Source of the DNA: Azolla caroliniana
Lineage: Eukaryota > Plantae > Polypodiophyta
DNA length: 64,000 bases
NCBI GenBank assembly: GCA_043228905.1
Contig: JBHGNT010000004.1
Coordinates: 18,228,001-18,292,000, forward strand
Direction: 5' to 3'
Shown: positions 37,919 through 49,258 of the stretch, in pieces
Numbering within the stretch: the first letter of the stretch is position 1
Layout: every line of letters begins with the position of its first letter
Notes under the pieces: generated by a model
Told to the model about the DNA's origin: nothing
Database searches by the model: none
The model's input: the letters and a program-made list of their open reading frames with translations, nothing else
Position numbers and translations under genes: made by a program

Positions 37919-40900
37919 TGTAAAAGAATACGTGTGCGGAAGCATATGCGTATGCGTAAGACACTAAGTACACGGTTTGGAATTACAATAGTTCGATAAA
38001 ACACAGAAATCACAAACAAGGAGAGGGAGAGATAGAGAGAGCAGAAAACGTAACTATATATTCAAAAATAATTCTCTGTATGTTCTCTGTACATACTTGG
38101 TGCTCAGTGAGCACCTTTTATACAAGCCCTGACTATCAAGCTGACACAAGTACTTAGAGTACCTGACTGCTCATAAATGAGCATCCTACACTAACCCCCA
38201 AAATTATTCCTTACAAGGAATAACATTCTAATGACCTCTCAGTTTACATACTGCTACAACCATATTTTGCATACGATTTTACGCACCCAGTCTACGCACT
38301 GGGTTATGCACCCGTTTACGCTCCAAATGTTGAGCTTGTCTCTCAACACTCCCCCTCAAGCTCAACTTGAGGTTCTATACGCTTTTCCAGATCTTCGCTC
38401 CCGCTTCTCTTGGCTTCACGCCTCACTTGCGCACCTTGACCCATCCGATTCTGCTCGCCTCAACCCTTTCGGTCGGCTTTTATGCTCATGTGGCCTTTCT
38501 CAGCTCCCTTGGTGTCACGGTGTTGGCGCCTCTTTCGCTGCCCTTTTCTCCGCTTAGCCTTCAGTGGATTCATCGTATCCGAATCGAACATTTCTGATTC
38601 ATTCCCGCTTTCACCTGAATTGACTGTCTCCAATTCGTCTTCTGTCTTAAGGCCCTTAACTACATACGACCATGTCTTAGGCTTGGCCTTTACGCCTTTC
38701 TTGGCTTCATTTCCCCTTTGTTCGGCTGTCTTCGGCTCTTCCTTGCGATTACGACCCCTATTTTCTTCTTCGGCTTCTTCAACGGGCCCGAAGTCGATTT
38801 CTTCATCTGATTCGGCATCGCGGTTACTGCCGCTCCTTTCACGCTCCTGTTCCTGTTCCTGTCTCCCCCTCAAGTTCAGCGTGTCGAGGTGATGCAAACC
38901 CAACTCAACTGAGAAATGCCGTAACTTCCCGAGACCAAGGGGCTTGGTGAAGATGTTGGCAATCTACCGACCCGTCGGAACATACGCTAGTTCGACTTCA
39001 CCGAAAAGGACACGCTCGTGGAAAAAATGGTAGTGCACCTCAATGTGCTTGGTTCGAGTGTGGATTACAAGGTTTTTTGCAAGGCGGATGCTCCTGAGAT
39101 TGTCTCAGTAGATCGTCATTGGATCGGACACCTCTACGTGCAGATCCCGTAATAGCCATTTCAGCCAAATGACCTCGCACATAGCGATAGTCGCCCCTCG
39201 ATATTTGGCCTCCGTGCTCGACAACGCTACTATCGGCTGCTTCTTATATCTCCATGCAATCCTCGCACGAATGCGTATCTGGATGTGGATCTACGATTGT
39301 TGGCATTTCTGGCCCAATTGGCATCCATATAGCCGACTAACTGCTCGGCTACGTCTGCACGATACAACAACGCCATGTTTTTCGTGCCGTTGACATATCG
39401 TAACATCCTTTGCGCGCACTGAAGATGTTCAGTCGTGGGTTGTGACATAAATTGACTGATCATTCCGACCGGATAGCTAAGGTCCGACCAAGTGATCGTC
39501 AAGTAGATGAGGCTTCCGACAATCTATCGAAATCGTGTCGGGTTGCACGCCTTTCCCGAATCTCGGAGAAGCTTTACGTTTCTATCCAGAGGGGTCGAGA
39601 TGGGCTTACAATTTGCCATCCTGAACTTGAAAAGCATATTCAACGCATAATGACACTGACTGATCAATATGCCTTCGGGGGAATGGATCACTTCGATCCC
39701 AAAGAAGTAATGAAGGTCGCCAAGATCCTTCATTTTGAATGATGCCGCAAGCTGAGACTTTACGCGGACGATTTCTTCTAGGTCGGCACCGGCGATGACT
39801 AAATCATCAACATAAGGTAAAAGACAAACCGGTGTCGTGATAGTTCGCATAGATGCGAAGAAAACGTAGGCGGGACCGCGGAGGCCTTGGACTGAGGAAT
39901 GCAAGAAGGGAGATGAGAGAAAGAAAATCAGGACACACGAAGTATTGAAACAAATTATATTAACAGGGCAATTACAACCGGCTCAACCGGGAATGAGCTA
40001 CGAGCTCAGTTACCAACACATGCAATCCACAACCGTGACGCAACAAGGCCTCTATTGGGAGCACTTGGGCTCCCTATGCAAATAGAGACATCTGTGCGTC
40101 CAAGACAACAAAATCCCAAGATCGGGAAACAGGAAACTGAAATCCGAAAAAAAAATAGGAAAACAGAAAACAAATGCTTGGTTCCCAATCCGATAGCAAC
40201 TCCGTCCCCTCAAAACGCGTAGTCCGTTTCAGCCTTCTCCCCTCCCTTTTATAGGCTACCCAGGGAGCGACCTTTACATCCTGCTTTCATCCTCTTTATT
40301 CTCCGTCCCTTCAGGCAGAGATACACTTCGTTTTTCATGCTAATAAATAGATTCTTCCTAGTATATTTATACCGCGTCGACCTACTCCTAGTCATGTACA
40401 AAGTTATTAATGTACGAGTCCTCCTGTAAAGGGGACGGTTCACGCTCTTTATCCCGTAATTCCTATTTAGGCCAGTTTTCTCCACAACATCCACCCCCAC
40501 CAAACCACACATCCACCGGTATGCGCTAAGAGAGACAAATACTGGAGAAACCTGGCTCGTTTCACCCATCGCTTTCCGGTTTGTCATCCCCATTGTCCAT
40601 ACTTACCGGGTTCGGCTCGTCTTCGTGCCGTTTCTTGAACGCCTTGACCCTCTTACTGGCTACCGGTACTGCTATCCGCGTTCCGTCGAGCTCTGCGAGG
40701 TGGTAGGTGTTGTTGTTGTTCGTGCTCATTACGACGTAGGGCCTGGACCACCTTCTCGCGAACTTGCAAGTTGCCTTGTGTTGATTGTCGAGGCTGCTGT
40801 TGTAAACCAACACCTAGTCCCCTTCCTCGATCTTCTTCGGTCGTAGCCGGTGCGTCTGGTCGAACCGGCCTTTATTCTTGACCCTTGCCGCGTGTAGCTT

Positions 40901-43900
40901 CGTCTTCGCTCGGTCAACGTCCTTCGATCTTCGCTCGAGCTGGCGAATCCGCGCCGCCAACAGCTCTTCCCGACTCATCTCGTCTCTCCAGTCCACTGCA
41001 GCCCATGAGGAGATCGTCCGCTCCATCGGCATGACCGGCTTTTGCCCGCACATTAGCTCGGCCGGCATGAACCCAGTTATCGAACTATGCGTAGTTCGGT
41101 CCGCCCACAACACGTAAGGCAAGAGCCGCGGCCAATTCCCGACTTGTCCTTCGCAAGCCCACACCAATGCCTTCACGATCGGCCTGTGCCCGCGCTCTAC
41201 CTTCCTGTTTTCCTTCAGATTGTATGCCGTAGTGAGGGAAAGCTTGACCCCCAACCGGCTGAACAACTCTTCCGCCTCCTGCGCATCCATCTCTCCCCGG
41301 TCGGCCACGATCTTCCCCACGCACCTGTACCGACATACCACCTCCTCAATTAGGAACAGGCACACAACCGTAGTCGTCTTGTTCTGCAACGCATGACCCT
41401 CCATTTGATTTGTCAGGTCCTCCTGTGCGAGCACCAAGTACCGCATCTGCCCTACCCCATCGACATTGTCATTAAGTCTAGCATCTGTTTGAAATGGACA
41501 GTCAGTGGGTAGGTCGGGTGTAGCTCGTCTCAATGTCGGATCGCGGCGTGCATCTGGCAACTCTCACATGTCGTCACGAACTGATGCACGTCCCGGTATA
41601 GCCCTGGGCACCAGTACATCTCCTTCAGCTTCTCGAATGTGGCCCACGTCCCGCGATGTCCGGCCCAAGGATCCTCGTGGTATGCCGTCAGCAATGCCTT
41701 CTGCTCTTCGTTTCTTGCCACTACGCGGAGCGGAACGCCACCTCGCTTTTTCGGGTGCTTCCATATGTTCCCGTCCCGCAGGAAGAATCGGTATGCCTTC
41801 CTTTGGATTCGGTTCACTTCGTCTCTCGTCCACGCTGCGTCTGGCGTCATTGTCTTCAAGAACCTACCAATTTGGAGCCACTCCCCGCTGTACTCGCCTT
41901 CGTCGAACCCGGTAAGTGCCGGAGTGCTCCTTGCCCTTGTCGTCACGTAAGCCGACTCGAAGAAGTCTTCTGATACCATGCCGTCCTCGTCGTCGAACCA
42001 TGCTCTCGAAAGAATGTCGTCCATGGCATTGTCTTTCTCGGGGATGTGTTGTATCTCTAGATCCAGGGACTTAATGTACGCGATCCACTTGAGCATCGCC
42101 AGGTCTGACGTCACGCATTCGGAAACTATACCAAGGATTGGTAGATAGTCCATCTCGATTATCACCTCTGTCCCGATCAAGTAGTCTTTATCGGCCTTGA
42201 CTGCCGAAACGATACCCAAGAGTTCACGTTTAACCTGGGTGTATCCTTGTTGTCACTCGCTAAGTACCTTCGCTCCGAACCGAATGGGCAACCTCACGCC
42301 GCTCTCGTCCTCCTAGTTGATCAACCATCCGATCCTGGTCGGGCTCGTGTCTACGATCATGTATATCAGGACCTCCTTGCCGTAAATCTCTTTCCGGAGT
42401 GCCGGCACCGTGGTAAGCGCCTCCTACAACCTCCGGACCGACTCCGCATGCTCTTTGCACCACTCGAACTAACGCCCCCAATCGGCCGTAAGCCCGTCAT
42501 CCGTCTCCAGCAAAGGACCCACACTTTCCCGATCAAGCGCGTTCACCGACTTGATGAAGAGCAGGACCCGGCTCGTATTGAGCACGGTCCGGTCGAGTGT
42601 CGAGAGTCGAGGAAATCGCTTTTCAAACTCCTGGAGGAGCACCGATATATTCCTCTCTTTCCCGGGACTCTTGACCCAGTCCATGAACTCCCGCTTCGAC
42701 AACCGAAGCGAGCATTGTACCCGTACCTCTTCTGGAGTCATCCTTCGAACTCCTCCTAGTTTCGACAGACTGCCTGCACCTCGAGCACCTCCGCGTGAAT
42801 GCTTGGAGAAACCACCCTAGGGAATCCGGACAGTTGTTTCTCCGAGTGTATGTCCCTCATTACCATCTCAAACCGGTAAGCCTCAAGATAGCTTGTTGCG
42901 TTTTTCCCACCAAATCAGCCTATTGCTCCAACGATTGATTTGATGGCCCTATTAAGGGCTCCTGGGCCCTCGCGGGCGCTCACCAGATGGTCTACCACTG
43001 CCACCATGGCCTTAGCAAGTTCTGTTCCCCCCATCTTCAGGATTCCTCTGCTACCTTGTTTACGTCCGGTTCACCAAGATGTCGTGATAGTTCGCGTAGA
43101 TGCGAAGAAAACATAGGCGGGACCGCGGAGGCCTTGGACTGAGGAATGCAAGAAGGGAGATGAGAGAAAGAAAATCAGAACATGCGGAGTACTAAAACAA
43201 ATTATATTAACATGGCAATTACAACCGGATCAACCAGGAATGAGCTATGAGCTTAGTTACCAACACACGCACTCCACAGCCGTGACGCAACAGGGCCTCT
43301 GTCGGGAGCACTCGGGCTTCCTACGCAAATAGAGATGTTTGTGCGTCCAAGACAACAAAATCCCAAGATTGGGAAACAGGAACCTGAAATCCGAAAAAAA
43401 CATAGGAAAATAGAAAACAGATGCTCGGTTCCCAATCCAACAACAACTCCTTCCCCTCAAAATGCGTTAGTCCGTTTCAGCCTTCTCCCCTCGCTTTTAT
43501 AGGCTGCCCGGGTAGAGATACAGATCTTGCTTTCATCCTCTTTATTCTCTGTCCCTTCGGGCAGAGATACACTTCGTTTTTCTCGCTAATAAATAGATTC
43601 TTCCTAGTATATTTATACCACATCGTCCTACTCCTAGTCATGTACAAAGTTATTAATGTACGCGTCCTCGTGTAAAGAAGAAGGTTCACGCTCTTTATCC
43701 CTTAAGTCCTCTTTAGGCCGGTTTTCTCCAAGACACCGGTCCATGTCGACCTTGCCGAACGAACAAGGAAGAGTCCGACTTTGATGTTGTAAACCCCATT
43801 CTACACAATCGTTGCGTAATCTTCGTGTTCTAAGCTCGCGAGGCTTGCTTAAGGACGTATAACGCCTTCTTCAAATGGCAAATTGCCGAAGTGTTCTGTT

Positions 43901-45590
43901 CAGATAGAAATCCGGGGGGTTGTACCATGTACACCTGTTCCTCAAGATCACCTTGCAGGAACCCATTCTTTACATCCATCTGATGTAGATGCCACCCCTT
44001 CGCCGCAACTACAACTAGCAGAACTTGCACGGTAGTCATATTCGTGACAAGCGCGAAGGTCTCATTGTAATCGATGTCGTGCTTCTGCGCGTAGCCTTTT
44101 GCAACCAAACGGGCCTTATATCGGTTGACCGAGCCGTCAATGTTGTATTTCACCTTAAACACCCATCTGCATCCGATTGGCTTAACACCTTTAGGTGCGT
44201 CAACTAGGTCCCAAGTCTTGTTGTCCGATAATATGCGCATCGCTTCCTCCATCGTGGTGTGCATCACTTCCGCCGCTTCTGCATAGCTCTCCGGCTCAAA
44301 CACTTCCGCCACTTGCGTCTTGTACGCATAATGATGCGCCATGTACTCATTATACCCGCACCTCTTTACGGGGTTCTTCAGGCGGGTAGATAGGCGTAAT
44401 TCGTGATTACCCGATTTCATGGCCTTTTCGGCCGATTTCGACCGATTTCGACTTCTTCCGTGGAGATTCCTTTTTGATTGGTCCGAAATCAGACTCGCTC
44501 TGGTCATACTCGGCACTGCCGAAATCGTATTCCGACATTTTCTTCTTCACATTTTCATTACGCGTAAACCATCTGCTTGGTTCTTTATGCGTGGACAACA
44601 TAACCGAGTCTCCACTACTCGCCGACTCTTCATTTGGTTGGCCATCTCGGCCCAACCCCTCATTCAACCCACTTAGCCGAAATGAGATCGGACTCTCTGT
44701 TAGAGCTCGGATATACTCATCACGTAGAGGTATCTCAACCTTGTTAACCTCTTCTTTAGAATTTGGAATAGAATCATGAGGTATTGGAGGTGAAGGCAAG
44801 TACCACTAAGTGGACTCGTCGAACACGACATCTCGACTTACGCGAACTTCCTTTTTTCGGGGATTATAGCAGTTATACCCCTTCTGCTCGTCTAAATAGC
44901 CGATCAAGATACACTTCTCGACTTTGGCATCCAACTTCCTCCTCTTCTCCTTCGGCACATGCATATACGCAATGCTGCCGAAAATCCTCAAGTGTGCCAA
45001 GTTCGGCATCTTTCCGAAATACAACTCGTGTGGCGACACTCCTCCATTAGCAGAAGTCCGATTCTGCAAATAAACAACTATCCTTACAGCTTCAGCCCAG
45101 TAAAACTTCGGCATATGCTTCTCTTCAAGCATTGCCCTGGCGGCTTCTTCGATCGTCCGATTCTTCCGCTCGACTACATCGTTTTTCTCCGGCGTATATC
45201 TACACGAGAATTCGCGTCGAATTCCCTCCTTCTATAGATAACTCGTGAACTAGTCAGAGAAGTACTCCTTCTCGCCATCGAACAGTTGGCACCTGATCTT
45301 ATGCCCTATTTCCCTTTCGGCAAGGTTTTTCACTTTCAGGAACCACGCAAAGACTTCCTCTTTTTCACGATCAAGCACGCCTAGGTATGCCGAGTGAAGT
45401 CATCGAGGAAGGTTACGAAGTAACGGCTTCCATTGAGACTCACGTTTTGTGCCAGTCCCCACACATCCGAATGGATCAAATCCAGCAGTTTTCGACTACG
45501 ATTATGCTCACTGGGGAATGGACGTCGGGGTTGCTTCCTGAGTTGGTAGGGTTCGCAGACTTGGCCATTACGACCCCGAAATTTTGGCAC
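37919..45590 (-). mobile_element. Copia-H: degenerate Ty1/copia of the same lineage as A and J (integrase, RT, RNase H, 3' LTR 37919-38348), split by G
   Basis: LIHSDVWG, KLDAKVEKCILIGY, YKARLVAKG, YVDDL and RTKHIEV motifs. PPT gagggggag next to the LTR. 5' part missing. Confidence 0.88.
39833..43735 (-). mobile_element. Gypsy-G: internally deleted tRNA-Trp-primed gypsy (gag N-terminus fused to RNase H-integrase); LTRs 43080-43735 and 39833-40489
   Basis: ~656-bp diverged LTR pair, 4-bp TSD CCGG, PBS at 43059-43076, PPT at 40490-40501. Integrase HHCC and WSRPY motifs. No protease or RT. Confidence 0.92.
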
Positions 45591-46404
45591 ATTGCTCATG
45601 AACCGGCTCACCACTACGACTGCATATCCGATATCCGGCCGGGTACATACCATCGTGTACATCAAGCTTCCAACGGTAGAGGCATATGGTATCTTCATCA
45701 TATCCGTCTTCTCCGCCTTTGTCCTCGGACTTTGTTTTCCGAATAGCTTGCAGTTTGGCAGAAGTGTCGATCCGACTGGTTTCGCCTCCGACATGTTGAG
45801 CCACTGAAGCACCTTTGTCACGTACTTCTCTTGTGACAACCACAACAGCTTCTTCGACCGGTCCCGGATGATGTGCATTCCCAATATCTATCTTGTCGGA
45901 CCCAAGTCTTTCATTGAGAAGGTCCGGTTCAGAGCCTTCTTTAGCATCCAAATCTTGCCTTGGTCTCGTCTGACGATCAACATATCATCCACATATAGGA
46001 GGAGTATCAGTAAATTTCCGCCGTCAAATTTCTTCACAAACATGCAGTGATCAGTCTGCGTCTTGTGGTACCCTTGGTTAGTCATGAAGGAGTTGAACAT
46101 CCGGTATCATTGCTGGGGAGCTTGCTTTAATCCGTATAAGCTCTATCTTCAGTCCGCACACCAGGTGTTCCTTCCCTTTCTTCTCAAATCCTTCCAGTTG
46201 ATGCATGTAGATTTATTCTTCGAGGTTGCCATGTAGGAATGCCGTCTTGACGTCCAATTGCTCTACATTGAGGTCCATGCTTGCCGCCATGCCCAATACC
46301 GCCTGGATGGATGTCATCTTTACTACTAGGGCAAAGATCTGCTTTCTTCTGCCGGAAGCCCTTCACCATGATCCGAGCTTTGTACCTTGGTGGATTCCCG
46401 GTGT

Positions 46405-47220
46405 TGTCATGAAGATCCGTGACTACATGTGGATCGTGAGGCGGAACCGCTGGGGTTCTGAATTGGAAGGATTCGATGTTTGTACTAGCTTTAGCGAGAA
46501 ATTATTTAAGATAGATTGAGAGAGATTGATATGAAGAAAGAGATTAAGATTTAACCCTTTACCTTAGAATTGAGGAACAAGATATATCATCAATTGGATA
46601 ACGAATTTTCTTCTTAATATTAATTTTGATATAAAGTACAAAGCTTGCATGATTAATACCTCCCATTTTTCCTTTGTATCCACTCTTTTATAGATGCCCC
46701 CATGCATATGATGTCTATGAGGGTACAACACATGCATACAATGCATGGAATGCATGTGATGCATGTTTTTCATTTGACGCTGATGCATTACATGTGATGC
46801 ATGTTTGCCATTTGACGCTCATGCATTACATGTGATGCATGATAACCATGTCACTTAATCAAGCTCTACTATGAGAATTTACATGTAAAGGTATAATGAT
46901 AGGAAAAACATTTCTAAGAAAATGACTTAGCTTAGTGATAAGTCTATTGCCTCCTATCTTGGAGGTGCAAGGTTTAAGCCTCGCTTGCATCTCTTTGTAT
47001 ACAAACTTTTACTAGGTTTTTAAGTCTAGATATTTTGTTCGTTTCACACCAAAATCGTTGCGATCAACCTATCCGATCCATCCGTCTATCCGGTCTGCAT
47101 CCGACCTAGTGATCCGGTCTATCCGGTCTGGTTCCGGTACTAGTGCCGGTCCCGGTTCCGTCTCCGTCCGGTCACCCAAAACCATTACGAGCAGTTACGC
47201 CACAATTTACCCCAAGAACA
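46405..47220 (-). mobile_element. LTR K, related to the element E LTR
   Basis: Starts TGTCATG and shares the ggaaccgc block with family LTR ends. Same order of tRNA-like cassette, CATGCA array and TATA as E. Right boundary uncertain and no matching TSD. Confidence 0.6.
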
Positions 47221-48346
47221 TTCTGTGCTCCACTCATAGATAGAAAGTAATAGGTTCTAGCTCTGCTTATATACTGTGGGATCCTGATTTATCCTATCTA
47301 TGTGGGATATCTCATGGTTTTGTTTTTCTCTTCTTCTTTTCAAACTTCACACTCACATAACTTGACACTAAGTTGTCCATTTCACATGTAGTAAAATGCA
47401 TTCGGAAGCTCTTGAAGACATCCATCTTTTCATATCAAGATATAAAATAATATCTTCATTATTATTGTTTCATATTGTGTGTGAAGAACCACACTCGAGT
47501 TTGTACGTTCCATGCAATATTCACACCGTTGCCAAAAATCTTCACGACAGCGTCTCCATGTTTCAGCTTGTACACCAACTTGTTCTCGAGTGCTCTCTTC
47601 CCTTTTGGCAACTCCGTCAGTTCATACTGTTATTAGTTTTAGGATTAGGGTTAATGATGATAATGATAAATATAGGAATAGGGTTAACAATCATGGTAGA
47701 TTGATAATGTATGTGTGATGATGATGGTGAGAGATCATGAAGAACATGACAAGCATTGAGGGGTGGGGGGTGGTGCCTTGGTCGCCAAAAGGTGTTGTAG
47801 GTTTTAGAGTTAGGGTTAGGGTTAAGGATGATGATGGTTAACGATGACGAAGATAGACATGGTGAAATAACAAAGATGATGAAGAGTATGATGGTGAGAG
47901 AGATTGACATGAAGATGTTGAGAATTATTGAGAAGCATTGCGGGGTAAGGATGACATTGATGAGCATTGCAGGGTGGGGGTGGTGCCTAGAATGACTCCA
48001 CCCCCCTCCCAAGGGGGTTCAACGTTGAGGGGGAGAGAGAGAGAGAGAGAGAGATGAAAAGAGAGATAGAGAGAAATGTTCATTCATGTTTCATTCATTC
48101 CCCATAAGGGGTTAAATAGTACAAGAGGGGGTAGATACATAGGGGTGTAAGCCCCCTCGAGCATTCATATTGGACACTCACTCACACCTCCTCGTATCCA
48201 TCCACATGCACACACGTGTGCATGTGTTCACATACGTATAGACTCACAATTACACTTATGTCCCCTACACATACACAACAACATCATGATAACATTTGAC
48301 CCTCGCTCATCACACTGACTCTCCGTACATCTCGTACGGGGTAACA
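47221..48346. other. Unassigned low-complexity / LTR-like segment ending ...GTAACA
   Basis: ATG/GAT-rich tracts, (GA)n and short TTAGGG runs. The copia remnant resumes right after CA at 48346. Confidence 0.35.
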
Positions 48347-49258
48347 CATACGTGTGGTTCTCATGCAGGGAATCCATCTCATCCTCCATGACACTCAACC
48401 TTGTCTTCCATGAAGACTATGTCCTGACTCCGGAACACCTTCTTGTCAACCAGATCCCACACCCGGTAACTAAACTCATCATCACCGTATCCAAGGAATA
48501 TGCATGGCTAGGACTTTGGATCGAGCTTTGCTCTTTTTTCCTTCACCAAATGCACGCATGCGAGACACCCGAACACCTTCAGATGTCGGTAAGAGACATG
48601 TTTACCGGTCCATACTTTGTGAGGTGAGTCTCCTTCCAAGGGTACTGAGGGTGATGTGTTTATCACATAGGTCGCCCTCGTTAGAGCCTCAGCCCAAAAC
48701 CCCTTGGGTAACTTGGCATGTGCTAGCATGTTTCAGACTCTCTCCATTATGGTCTGGTTCATCCATTCAGGTAGCCCATTCAATTCTAGCATCTTCGGCA
48801 CGGTAAATTCGAGGCGGATTCCCTTCAGCCGATAGTTCTCCTCGAACTGCCCTCGGTATTCTCCTCCGTTGTCCGCTCAAACCGCCTTCAACTTCCGGCC
48901 GGTTTCTCTTTCCATTCTTGTGTGGAGCTCCATGAAGACGGATAACACTTGATCCTTCATCTTCAGTGGTGAGGCCCACAGCTTCCGGGTGTGGCTATCT
49001 ATGAACGTCACGAAGTATTGCCATCCGGCATGTGACTTCGTGGCCACTTGGCACACATCGATATGCACTAGCTCCAGTGGTACATTCCATCTCGTCGGTG
49101 GTCTTGACTGGAAGGAAGTTCAGTTTTACTTGCCGGCCAAGCAATCGATGCACTTCTCAAGTTGCATGTCCTCCACTGGAATGAGGTTGTCTTCGGAAAG
49201 CCTCTTCATCCCCTTCTCACTCATGTGACACAACTCACCGGCAGTGTCAGATGCTACG

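Larger units (their letters stand above)
45591..49258 (-). mobile_element. Older remnant of the Tnt1/Tork-like copia family (45591-46404 RT; 48347-49258 integrase), interrupted by 46405-48346
   Basis: Peptides nearly match C/F (LLLYVDDMLIV, MVCTRPDIGYAV, MLAHAKLPKGFWAEA), with internal deletions. Confidence 0.88.

Noticed and set aside
47630-47830. Interstitial telomere
   Set aside because: Only two or three TTAGGG-like units within low-complexity sequence.
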